Program-made: the position numbers and the translations under genes | Notes under the pieces: model-generated | The model's input: the letters and a program-made list of their open reading frames with translations, nothing else | Told to the model about the DNA's origin: nothing | The model's database searches: none | DNA from: Psammoneis japonica | Lineage: Eukaryota | Reading direction: 5' to 3' | DNA length: 64,000 nucleotides | Assembly (NCBI GenBank): GCA_008632985.1 | Contig: QPGO01000109.1 | Location: 62,001-126,000 of the forward strand | In this document: positions 50,593 to 63,133 of the stretch, in pieces | Numbering within the stretch: position 1 is the stretch's first letter | How the letters are laid out: every line of letters starts with the position of its first letter

Positions 50593-52184
50593 ATGATCTC
50601 GCTCTCTTTCTATTCTCCTTCACTGTTCTTATTGCTGATGGAGTCTCTGGAAGCATCAGTGGACGCTATTCCTCTGAAAGTAGTGAAGAGGTGATAAAGC
50701 AAACAGGTCTCACTTCTCGTGTGCTTCTAGAACATCGCGTCAAATCCATTGGTGCCACCTTTCGGGTGTTCAAACCCAAGAAGCCTTTCCTCAAGTGTAC
50801 AGGAAACGTTCGAGGCGAGGCCGGTAGTTGCTCCGAATTCTCTGCCAACCCCAACTTTGATGTAGATATGACCGACATGCTTCGCTATGCGTCCTGTCGT
50901 CTCGGCTGCGACGAAACGACCCCAGATTGCGAACCCGTCACGTCAACGGAATTCTACGCCTGTTCGTCTTCACATGATTTAGCATTCAAGTGCTCCTCTG
51001 ATTCTGCTCGTGTCGAGTTGGAAGATCTTATCGACGCATTGAAAGATGATGACTACTTGGATTTTAACTGCGGCTTCGACACGTCATTCGATATGCAGTA
51101 TCTACTGGACGATAAATGCCTTGACTTAGATACGGATGGAGATACTGTGTATTACAGGATATTAGCAAGTGATTGTTCTACAGTGGTGGATTCATTCGAT
51201 GTGAATGATGACCTGTTCGACTTTGAGCATAACTCTGCATTTGAGGCGTTCCTCAAGGCTGTCGCTACAACCGCCCCCTCCTACGATAGTACCAAATATA
51301 CAGACGCAAAAATTGGCGCCTGCAATGCCAATTCAGATCCTTCTGTCTCTATTGGAATGAGCAAGGGCTTGCATCACTGCAAATGGAGTGGCAACGGAAT
51401 TGGCGGCAGTTTTGTCTTTCGTTTCGGTGTCAAAGGTGATCGTGATGCATTCTGTGGTGCAATGAAAGCCATTTGTAATGCCAAATGGCTACAGGCTGCT
51501 TCTTGCTACAATTTTCCCGACGTTAGGTCCAATCCTGGCCTTCCGTTTGAGCCGCCTGAATGTGATTCTACAGCAAGCTTGGTGACGTCGACCATCCGTG
51601 AGTCGTGCAAGGCACACAAGGATGCAGGCTTTACTTACCAAGATGGTTACTATATTGTCGATCCTCCCATCCTTGATTCTGGTGCTTCTCACAGCTCGTT
51701 CATTGTCTATTGTGACCAAACAAGCAGTTTTGGTGGTCAACTTGGTGGCTGGGCATTGTATGCACGTGGTTCTGATCATGTATTACGAGAGGAGAAGGAT
51801 GTGGTTTTCCCGTGTGAGTATGGCGTTTCGACGGCTGCTCACTGGCGAGCTCTCATGCTGAATATGAATCACGGCATGTATTTTCGAGACCAAAATGGAA
51901 AGGAATCTTTCATCCAAGCCAGCAAGTTAAAAAGTGGAAGTTGTTCTTCAGTGCAGGATCACTCCTCTCTTCTTGCAAACACCTATCCTGACCTCCTTTA
52001 TTTGTGGTGGGACGAGATTGACTGTAATGGGTCAGACTGGCACTATTCTATTGTGGTTATTGGAGGTATTTGCGGTCACTGCGCTTCTCTATACAACCAA
52101 GGACAACAACGATTCGATGTGTGGCCATATGATAGATCGCATGCGTGGCCACTACAAGATGAACTCCATTACTACGTTAGCTAA
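50593..52184 (+). CDS. Secreted Cys-rich protein with a C-terminal fibrinogen-related (FReD N-motif) domain; apparent 1-nt deletion just after the ATG
   Basis: ESCKAHK...DGYYIVDP...FIVYCDQT...GGWAL motif. The long frame extends upstream into signal-like LALFLFSFTVLIADGVSG, one base out of frame with ATG 50593. Confidence 0.7.
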
Positions 52185-52532
52185 GTAGCGATGGTACATT
52201 TTAGGATGATTGCGAGAAAGTAGAATCGTCGCAGGAGAAAAATGAGAAGGCGCTGTCCCCATTTGAAAAAAAAAAACAAAAATTAATGCATAGTAAGTAT
52301 CGTCTTCCCTATAGCATCTCATCTCACTATCTATACTGGCGGCAACAGCTTATTGCTGGCTTCATGAATAGCTGTTGCCAAATTAAGATTTCGATCATGT
52401 CGAAGGAGACTCTAGCTATGGTGCATTACAGCCGTTCCTTCTTCTGCTCCTCTTGAAAACGTGGAATGGGATTTTGACTTTACACGATCATTCATGTAAT
52501 ATGGCATTATGTAGAGGTTGCAGGCATTCACC

Positions 52533-52614
52533 AGATGCGAGTGAGAGGTTGCGGCACACATCGTCGGATGGCATGTAGATGCGAGTGAGAGGTTACGGTA
52601 CACATCGTCGGATG
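52533..52614. repeat. 38-bp direct repeat x2
   Basis: agatgcgagtgagaggtt(g/a)cgg(c/t)acacatcgtcggatg at 52533-52570 and 52577-52614. Confidence 0.9.
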
Positions 52615-54153
52615 CAAACCTTGCAGCATCAATCTTGATCGTTTCTCTTGTCTGTGGCATCCTGTCCAATCGTTGTCCGTTTCATTCCGGCTGTGATGGT
52701 TCGGGGGTTCCTGACTTGCATGATTTGTCCTGAATTTCACCGTGCTTCACCGTGGTGAAAACATCAAGCCACAAGTCTGTGACGGAGGTGGTCCGTCTGC
52801 CAACTCTTGTTCATTTCATGTTTGTTGTGTGCCAAAGGTCACACACACACCAAATGTTTGTGGACGGACCACTGCGTTTTGGAGGAACATTGAGATTGCC
52901 GTCATTGTCGTGCTTCGATCACTGATGGAAAGATAGAAAGAACGGGGTCTCGCCTGCAAGTGACTTGGGTGATCAAGTCCGTGCACAAACAGGAGAGAAT
53001 GGCTGTGCGTGCCAATCTAGGAACAGCACCTTGCGACAATGCTTTGTCTGGACATTGTGAGAGACTCTGAGCCAGTCTCAGAGTCGATGTGATTGTTGAA
53101 ATCGGATGGATTCCGACAGGTTGTGCAACAACACGGATCGGAGCCAGGATCAATTTCAATCAAAAACGGAGTGGAAGATGTGTCATCTTCAGTCATGAGG
53201 TTCTGACAGAAAAAGGGAACATGGAATCCCTGTCACCCCCCTTGAACCGAATGAGGGAAGACAGAAATGACTCATGACAACATGTGAGCAGGAAGGCGCC
53301 ACAGTGCACGGTCGACCATGACCCAAATTTTCTCTGCACATTGAGTTTTCGTGAGACAGTCTGCCAATTGGCTTTCGGCAGGGACCCAGACAAGCAGGTG
53401 ATGACCCAATCGTTGACCCTCACGGACACGTTGGAAACGTTGCTCAATGTGTCTCGTGCGTCAAGTCTGTTGGTCATTCTGTGCCATCTGGACTGCAGCC
53501 TGATTGTCCAACATGATGATGGTGGGGGTGGTGGTGAGACACTGGGAATCGACGACAGAGCAGTGGCGGGTGCCAAGGCAGGTGAAGTCACAGGCCAACA
53601 TGCGGAGACGAGCAATGGCCACTGCACCAGTGCAGGCACCCATCCATTCAGATTCTGCAGAGGACATTGCTGCGGGGGTCGGGACAGTGGAATTGGCCTC
53701 CACTGTTGCCCCATTGAAGTGGGCCATAAATCCGACAGTTGATTTTGCAGTGTCCGGACAGTCTTGCCAGCTGGCATTGGCGAATGCCACAAATTCGGAA
53801 TGACTGACATTGTGGGCCTCGCAAATTGCGTGAGCAGGACTCGCGGTGGGATCAGAATGGAACTTGATGGCAAGGTCTTGATGTTTTTGAAGACAACCAA
53901 AATGATGGATGAGAGCATCAAAATCTTTCATGCCAGGGTTGGCGCAAGCCTTGGCGAGTTTGCAAGTGATCCACAAAATGTCAGCACGTGTGTTGCAGGC
54001 AAGACAGAGGATGGAACAGACAGCGGAATGGAAATGGAGTCCAGGACACTTGGTGGCAATGGTGTCAGAATTGGCTTGGTCTTTTGGCTGGTTTGTCTCA
54101 GAGCAAACACAGTCAACTGGAGCTGGAGTGTCCTGAAAGCTGGGGCTGCCCCA

Positions 54154-54555
54154 GACGCGTTCCAGCTCCAGGTGGGACCTCTCACTGCTGCACTGTGACA
54201 TCAACAGTTTTTTGGATCGCGTCGCATGTTGCACACGTGCATTTCTGCGTGTCACATTCTACGAAATTGTTTCACACTCGTCCCTGTTTTGCAAAGCCAA
54301 AGGCTTTCTATTTTCAACATTTGTGAGAATGAAAATGCGCTGGGCATGTTCTTCAATGTCTGAAGAACACACCCGGGCAAACTGTTGATGATGTGCTGCA
54401 AGTGTGGAGGAGGAGATGCATTCACAAAATTGCCTCTTTTTCTGTTGGTGATCATTTGTATTTTCATTTCAGCATGAATTTACTGCAGAGCTCGCACACA
54501 GAATTCTGCAGGCCCAATGTCACACACGGAGTCCCACCTGGGACTGGAACTCATC
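54154..54555 (+). mobile_element. MITE copy 4 (402 bp), inserted in RT
   Basis: TIRs gacgcgttccag/ctggaactcatc, TSD CCCA. Confidence 0.9.
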
Positions 54556-57531
54556 CCCAAGGGGAGTCTGGTGTCAGGAATTGCTTGAGGAGATTGCAAA
54601 CGTGTTTGTGTTGATCCAGTGAGAAAGATCCGTCTTTGCAGTGGTGAGTGCGCATTTGCATGAACCAGGTGACACCATCGGTGAATGTGACATTGTGCTT
54701 GGACTGGATGAGTTGCTCAAAATCCTTTTCAACTCGATCGTTCGATCCGAAGTGTGTGACATCTTTGGCGCAGAAAATTGGCTTGAGATGTGATCCGTCA
54801 GGGAAGTGTTTGGCAAAGAAGGTGGGAACTGCCTTCAAATTGGTGCATCCTTGGGCGACAAGGAATTTGGAGAGTTTGGTTGACCACCAAAGGCCACTCC
54901 GGATGGTTCCACACATGCCCTTTTTGAGTCTGAGAGGTGTGCCAAAATGTTCCGCATGTTCCGGGAAGCATTGCTTCAAAATGGGATCAAAACGGACAAA
55001 GAGGCGACTGTGAGCTGGAGCTTGGAGGCAAGCACCAACAAAGTCACCATTTTTGGCATGTCTTTTGGCCTGTGCAGCAAAGGCCAAGAACAGTTTGATG
55101 GCACAGGATGAGGCATTGGGGGACCAGTTGTTGTTGTCATCACCTTGAGTTTCTCGAGGGAACCATTGGGCTTCTGTTTGGTGCAGAGAGCCAGTGCAGT
55201 CCCAACAACTTTGTCATCGGGATGTGGGCATTCATCAAGAGCACAGGTCTCATTGTCTGCAATGAGATTTTTGAGCTCAGAGCGGATGGCACAAAGCCAA
55301 GCATCGCGAATCGCAGGCGGCAGTCTGAGGATGGCTCAAAAAGTGTGAGGAGTGGGCAAGCAGTCATCAGTGGGAAGGTTGGTGGTTGCTTGGACAGCTT
55401 CCAAAGCCTGTTTCAAGGGATCAGGACATTGACACCAATTGTTGCAGTCAAGCCAAAAGGGGAAGTGACTGATGCACTGCAGGCTTCCTCCATTGTGATG
55501 GAGTCATCGAACAGGGTTTGTTCGAGCAAATCAACAAGGTGCGCATGCCAACATTGGAGCAAGAGGAACGTCGTAAGCCAGTGGGGGCAGGTTCAGGTGG
55601 AAGTGAATCAGAGTCGGAGTCATCATCATCGGGTGTAGTGTTGACAAGATCAGGGGGAGAGGTGGATGAGTTGACATCAAGGAAATCGTGGATGGCACCT
55701 GTGTGTTCTTCTGCTGGTGTCTCGTCACACTCAGCGAGGCTGGATGTGTCATTTGACATGTTCCAGATGGGAAGAGCACCTGAGAATGGAGTGTGGTTGT
55801 GCACAAAGGAGGATTCAAAGAGTTCATCAAAAACAATGTCATGTGCAACAATCAGATTCTTTGTCCCAATGCCCTCGGGTGCACAGATGAGGCGTCAAGG
55901 TTGGTGAGGTGCAAAGCCAATGTGGACACCACAAGAGCGATGTTGGATTTGTTGTGGAGTGGTGAAAGAGCAGCCAGTGTCCGGGTTGTACGGTTGGAAT
56001 CTGTCGAAGATCACTGGGCAGCCAAAAACGTGGAAGTGGCCAATTTTAGGTTGCTTGTTGAAAGCATGGAAGTGTGGCGTGGCAAGGGATCCGTCGGGGA
56101 GTCATGTGCCTTTGGCTGAGAGAGCATTCAGGATCGCAACAGCATGGACAAATGCGCGATGGCAGAAACAGGCCGAAAGGCATGCACCCACAAGAAGGCA
56201 GCGCATCACATTGCTGACGACTTGCCACATGCATTCCGAAATTCCATTTTGCTCCTGGTGGCATGGGGCGGCTGTCTCAACCTTGATGCCATGGGCATCA
56301 CCAAAAGCAATGAATTCAGAGGACAGAAAATGTTGTCCATAATCAGCTCTGATGCAGTTGATGTCTTGTGCCTGTCTGGTGGCCTGAACCTTGGCCATCC
56401 ATGATTTGATGGCTGCAATGATGTTGCCAGAGGAGGGGCTCACAATGCCGCGAACGCCACAGCAGTGTCCCTTGTGGGTGGCCAAGAAGAGGTGATGCAG
56501 AAAAGATGTTTTTGGTGTGAGAGCCATGGAGTGAGGGTTGGGAATTACATCCACAAACACACGTGAAAAAGTGTGTTCCAGTTCAGTTGGGTTGCGCTCA
56601 GTGCGGTTTCTTTTTCTGGGTGTCGTGATGCGCGTGTTGTCCAGACAGTCATCAGTCCCAGGGGCAGTGTGGCAGCCACACCAGACTTTGCCAACAGTGC
56701 CAGCCAAAAGACTCTGGGAAGAACGACCACCGAATCATTGACCGGCAAGGTCAAGGTCAATGGCGGTGGTCTTGCGCAGTGCGAGCATGGGTTCGGGAGA
56801 CACTGGGGACAAGGAGCGTTTGTGACAAAGAACAGGGAAGCTGAAAGTGTGTCCATTGCCAAAATCGAGTGTCATGATGTTTGGCGTGATTCTCACATGA
56901 AAAAGTTTGTTTGCTGTGAAGGATGGTTCCGAGAACAGATTCTGATTGAGGCCAGGGACATGACAAATGTGGTTGAGTGCAAGGTTGACAGGATGCCCTT
57001 GGTCATCAAGAAATTGCAAAGTGACGGAGCCAACATTCGTGGCGTGAACAGTGGTGCCATCAGCAATCACAACAGGGACATGACAATCAACAGGGTTGTC
57101 GAGTGTGTCATGTCGGACAAAGTGAGAGGATGCACCAGAGTTGACAAACCAACTGCGAATGTCAGTGAGATCAAGGTTGCGTGGGAGTTGCTGAGGTCAG
57201 CAGTGATCGGGATCATCTGCCACAAGGGCAACCACTCAGCGGGCGCATCGTCGGTGACCGCATTGGATGGCAGGAACGAATTGCACACAAGTGCATCAGT
57301 GCTGAGTGCGGAGATGGTTGATGAGTCATCATCATCCAAGACTGTTGAATGCAGTGCTTCAGAAGGTGCATGAGTGCATGCATCGTGCAAGTCCAATGGA
57401 AACGGGGGTGCCGAGGTGACGTGCGCATCGATCGGGTGGATGTCTTGCGAGGGCAAAGGAAGGACCAGCGTTTCGGGCATCAGAAAGTCCTGTGCAGTGT
57501 CCTCAGCAGGGGCATGTGCAAGAGGTGAGAT

Positions 57532-57922
57532 GACATGTTCCAGGTCCAGGTGGGACCTCACACTGCTGAACTGTGACATCAATGGTTTTTTGAATCGTGT
57601 CGCATGTCGCGCACGCAGATTTCTGCGTGATTTTTGCGACATTTTGTGTCATTTTACGGCACACTTGTTGAGCAATCCATCCAACAACTTTTGACATTTT
57701 TTGTTACAGCGTGATTCTACAATGTCTTAAAAAATTGTGCAGGGCAGGTGCATTTGCAAAAACGTCGAGTGGTGTGAGGCACAATTGTGCCACAAACTTG
57801 GCCGTTTATTTGATGTTGAAGATGAACACATCCATTGATTAAATTCTTGCACTGCAGAGCTCGCACGCAGAATTCTGTGGGCCCAATGTCACACGGAGTC
57901 CCGCCTGGGGCTGGAACGCATC
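57532..57922 (+). mobile_element. MITE copy 5 (391 bp)
   Basis: TIRs gacatgttccag/ctggaacgcatc, TSD agat/aaat. Confidence 0.9.
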
Positions 57923-60900
57923 AAATGGGGTGTGGTGGCAAACAACACAAGACAGGCATGAGGGTGGACGAGTCCATGCTGGAGTCACACTCATGGTGTT
58001 CCAGAGGGGGCGGGCCAGTGGAATCAGAAATGCTGGATGAGGCATCCTCGTCGACATCGCACTCTGTGTCCAAGTCCCAGAGTTGGCATGGATCCATGGG
58101 GTTGAGAGTGACACGCAGCAATCAATCGTGGGACAGAATCGAAAGATGATTTGTGGGATGAGTTGTCAGAGTGTGAAGAGGGGCATGACATGAGCGGCGG
58201 CAGAGAATCCGTGGATGATGAGCCAATGGAGTGGACGTCCACAAGAGCAGTGCAAGTGGCACAAAAAATGATCTCGGTGTCGTTGGGTTTGGCAGCGTCG
58301 TGGCAGGTCTGGGGTGGCGCGTCGGCAGCAGTGGCGGCAAGTGCACTTTGATGCTCATTTTTTGGGAGTTCCGGGCATTGAGGTTGAAGGTGTCCCTTCT
58401 TCTTGCAGTGACAGCAAGTGACCTCACTGAGATTGTGAGGAGGTTTTGAGGAGGAGTTGGGTTTGACAGTGCCGTTCTTGACGTCCCGAAGGCGGGAACG
58501 ACATTCGGCAGCCTTGTGACTCCGTTCGCCATAGCAGCCACAGATTTGGGGTGGACTGTTGTTGCGTGGGCAGTGTTGCTGTCTGGATTGATCATTCCGT
58601 GGGCCGTTTCTGGTGGTGGCAAGGTGAGCATGGTCATGGTTGGAATGTGAGCGATTGCCGCCAGACAGACGGTCACGGTGTTGTTGGTTGTGGTGCATTG
58701 ACGTCATAGAAAGTTTGCCTGACATCTTTAAAAAGGGGAACAACAGAGGATGAGAGGCGAGCGGCAGCACAAAATTCGGACTCGAATTGCTTGATCATTG
58801 CATCGTGTCGTGCATGGCCACCCATTTGACTGAGAAAGTGAAGGCTGATGTCAGAGTCAGTTTTGACGGGCAGGCCGGCATTTTCATGGTGGCAAAGTTT
58901 GCATTTGAAACACTTGATGAAGCTGCTGGCAGATTCATCAGAGTTGCGGAAGATTTGGAGATGGTCTTTTGTGCAGCAGTTGCTGTGTTCCTGGGTGACA
59001 GGAGCACAGCGCAATTGCAGTTCCTCAAGTGCCAATGTGCCAGATCAGGAACCAATGCCCAACACATCGGATTGATGAGTTTCGTTCACGTGTGTCCACA
59101 GGAGAGCGCACAGGGCTTTGTCGGCTGAGTTGGGGAGAGGACAGAGAGGGATGGAAGGGAAATCATCAAGCACTCTGCTGAAATCGGGAAATGAAGCAAA
59201 TGTGCCACGTAAGTCGTTCAAAAATGTGCAAAATTTTTGTCGTCTCGTGCATGGGTTCTGATTGTGCTCCAGTGTTCCGAGTTTTGCATGGGAGGCATGT
59301 CTCATCAGAGAGTTGGCTGAAGATTCTGAAGATTGCTCTTTTGCACCTGTGGTGCAATTGAGAGGCTCGGATGTGAAAGTCTTGTTGTCGGATGAAGAAC
59401 ATGTGGAACGTGGAGATGCCGGATCCTTCCGCAGTGTCAGAGCCAGGTGGAAGAGTGGCTCCAGGTGGAGGGACTCAGCCTCACACATCATGTCCTTGAA
59501 ATGGGAAAGGGCAAGTGTGCTGCACTCGCAAGCCGGGTGGCAGTGGAGGAGGCTCTCAAAAGATGATTTTGCGGCATCAATGGTTTCACGAAGCAGGTCG
59601 GACCGTTCATTTTCACACAGAAAAAAGGGTGCAAGGGCCTGTTGGATTTCAAAAAGAGCATCAACAGTCACGAGGCGGACCTGCACATTGATGTCGCTGT
59701 CAACAGAAACATTGGGTGAGGCAGCAGTGGGTGAGTCGGATGCAGGACAGGTGTCAGCATGGTGTGGTCGAGGCGGAGAAGCCAGAACTTCGGCGAGTGC
59801 ATTGTCCATGTCAGTCAACATGGGAGTGACCATGTCAAAAAGAGGATTTGCAGAGGTTGAAGAAGGATCAACATGTGGCAGGGCAGGAGCAGTGGTGTCC
59901 GGATCCTTTGGTGAAAGTGGGGGAAATTCCTTGGGAGATCCCAATGATGCAGCAGTTGTGGGAGCTGGTTTGTCCACAGGCAAAGTGGGGCCCCCCTTTA
60001 GCCTGATCATTGTTGTCATCCAAGTGAACTGTTTCAACCTCAACGGCAGTGCAGATGCAGTGAGGGGATGACTGAGACGATGCAGAGGGATGGCCACTGT
60101 CTTGGTGTGTCCGTGGACGGTCACTGAAGTGACAATCAACTTCAGGATTGTTGAATGGCTTGGTGCGGGACATCTGATGCTGGTTGCAGCAGGAAAGCAA
60201 AGTGCAGCGTTCTTGGTTGGGTGTCATGTTGAGGGATCGCCTGGATCTGGAATTGCAGCGACGTTTGCGGGGTCATCAACCAGAAATGTGAGTGGTTCAA
60301 TCGTGGTTGGCTGGCTCAGAAGGTTTCCGGATGCGGTTGTGCAAAGTGTCCAGATCAACATCAAGGACATCCAATGACTCGTTGATGGATGTCATTTGGT
60401 TGCGGATTGCACGGTCACAGACATTGTGCTCGGGGTCACAAAAATTGGTTTCGCCAAGGTCGGCCTCTTCCAAAAGATGGTCAATGCAAGCACCGGAGTG
60501 CTGCATGACGTGACAGTTTGATTGGATCTCATCAGTCTCAAGCTGAAGACGATCCACGCGAGATCAAGCTTGGGCAAGGCACTCCAACGGGGCACTGCGA
60601 ACATCAGCCTTGACACAAGTGAGGTGAAGTTCCTTGGGTGTGGGCGGGGCAGGAGCCGGAGAACGCTTGACCGAAGCAATGGAATGCTTGAGGGCACATT
60701 GGGTGCGACAACAAGCAGTCTTGGTGTGCTCGCGGGATGGCTGCAAAGAGAGAGCAGGTGTCCCTGGCAAAGTCAATGGTTTGCCATTGCACAGACCATG
60801 GACAGACAAGCAAGTGCGGCACTCGAAATCCACTTTGTTGTCAGAAGCGGTGGCGGTGCAAGTGGGCGCCTTGTTGTGTCTGGGAGCCTGCTTGGAGGAC

Positions 60901-61879
60901 TGGTTGGATGGCTTGGAAGGCTTTGCAGACATGTGCTTGATGCTGTGGATTGGAGTGTGGTGCACACCCTGGGTCACGTGTCGGGTGCAACGACGACGTG
61001 CGGGGTGCATGCTGGCATGCTGGACAACAGAGCCAACATCAACATGGTGACAAAGGCCACGAGGGGCAGTCGCAGGGATGTCAGCATTCAAGCATCCATG
61101 GACATGAAAAACCTCCTGAGAAAGGAGTGCGTGTGGTGACAGCTTGCAAGAGGAAGCATGGCGAGATGCACAACCAGCGCTTGGCTTGGAAAAAGTGGTC
61201 TCGTTGGACCAAACTGGAAGTGTTGCAACCATGATGGAAAGACAGAAAGAGCGGGGTCTCGCCTGCAAGTGACTTGGGTGATCACGTCCATGCACAAACA
61301 GGAGAGAACAGCTGCACATGCCAACATGGGAACAGCACCTTGCAACAACACTTTGTCCAGATGTTGTGAGAGACTCTGAGCCAGTCTCAGACTTGATGTG
61401 ATTGTTGAAATCAGATGGATTCTAACAGGTCAATGACACGGAATGGAGCCAAGATCAATTTCAATCAAAAACAGAGTGGAAGACATGCCATCTTCAGTCA
61501 TGAGGTTCTGACAGAAAAAGGGAATGTGGAATCCCTGTCAATCACGGTGCCTTTTTGTTCCCATTTTTGTGTGTGACAAAAGAATTTTTTTGACTCCCTC
61601 TGACACGCGCTCGCTAAAAAAACCAAAAAACGACTCCGGATGGCATCCAGTCATTGATTGCAAGCAACCGGACAATCATCATGATGGTTTGACCAGTCAG
61701 AAATGCCACACCAGTCCCTGAGATTGTGTCACTTGAAGGTCTTGCAAAGATTTGAAGAGACACTCGAGAAATCCACCAGGATTTGTTGTGCTTGGATGTC
61801 ACAAAAACACTGCACTTTTCTGCGCAATTCATTCTTTGTCGCATCTCCATCTTCCTCCCTTGCGGTCACACACATCCAT

Positions 61880-63133
61880 TCTGGTGATTCAGCGTTGCAC
61901 GTGGCATTGCATGGCTGGAGCAGGCTGCAAGCAGATGAGACATTGTGTGGTGAAAAAACAAAATGGCCAACAACATGTCGATTGCACTGCTGCAGCCCAG
62001 TGCGGACTTGCTGTCTCAATGACAATGGTGGAATGTGTGAACATCGGAAGGCACATGGTGTTGAGAAGAAGATTGAAGTTCAGAGGGTCTGTCAATCGCT
62101 GCAACACAGGCAGGCTGAATCTAACAGAAGTCGCTCGGGTTTGCAGGGTTGACCACAAATTTGCAGTCAAAGTGGAGCGAGAACTTGACTGTTGCGGCCA
62201 AGTGCTTCACCCGAAAAAGATTCACCAGAAACAATTGCATGGTCCAGGCATCAACAAAATTGACAGTCTAGATGCTTTTGTCCTTCTGCTGATTCCATGT
62301 CTGGACAAGCCAAGTTGCTCGCTGTCCAACTGTCAGGAGAAAATCTGCACAACCTCACAGGAGCAGTGGCTTCAAACACTGCCATCAGTGGATTCTGGAA
62401 TCATGCATTTCCAATCAGCGGGAAACTTTGCAAGCCAAATCTCATTCCCTGTGACAAATTCAAGCCTGAAAACATCCTTCAAGTGTGTGAGTTCACAATG
62501 GTTGTTGCCAAGGTTGATCTGTGGAGGGTCAAATGCAGAGATGAGAAGCTGCTGAAAGGTTCAGAAGTGCATTGCCGAAGGACAAGGCGAAATGTGCCAA
62601 TGGGGGAAGTCCCGCCATCCTTCACATCCTCTGATTTTCGCAGCACACACCCCATCATTGGCTTTTGCGGTGTCGACACAAGGACCCACCCAGTGCATTG
62701 CCGGATCCATGATGAGCTGAATGATGCAGGACAGTTTGCAATGGAGATTGAGCACGCAGTGTGTTGGGGCCTTCTCAGAGGCGGTGACATCCTTGTTCCA
62801 GATGATGCAGCCTGCCATGTGCATGGTGAAAATGCAGTTCTTGAAGAATGGCTGTGGATGGAGCATGGCATCTTTGTTTTGTTTCTTCCAATGAAGACCC
62901 CTGGATGGAACCCTGCAGAACTTGTGTGGCATCAACTTGTGACACAGCTCAAGCACCATCCAATCTGCAGGCTCCGCTCACACACCGAGCACTCCACCAC
63001 CTGTGCTGCCCATGACGTGTTGTCCCAAATCATGCATGACCAAGTCTTCCACATGCACAGAGCATGTGGACATGCATCTCAAGCTTGTTCCATGATAGAA
63101 TGCTCCACCATGGAATGCCCTGCAACAGACTGA
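61880..63133 (+). pseudogene. IS630/Tc1-mariner superfamily DDE transposase remnant
   Basis: VKCRDEK, ILVPDDAACH (DNAxYH-like), FLPMKTPGWNPAELVW (LPxxSPxxNPIExxW). N-terminal HTH-like part lies in a different frame; Tyr-free. Start approximate. Confidence 0.75.

Larger units (their letters stand above)
52923..61540 (-). mobile_element. Full-length Ty1/Copia LTR retrotransposon of a second family, hypermutated, with two MITE insertions
   Basis: LTRs 61232-61540 (5') and 52923-53235 (3'), perfect TSD ATCAC, PBS-like TGGTTGCAAC after the 5' LTR, G-tract PPT. Two CCHC knuckles (~58380-58545), protease region IADG, integrase (~56100-56700), RT (~54560-55400), RNase H (SSAESE, DNQAA). Confidence 0.95.
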
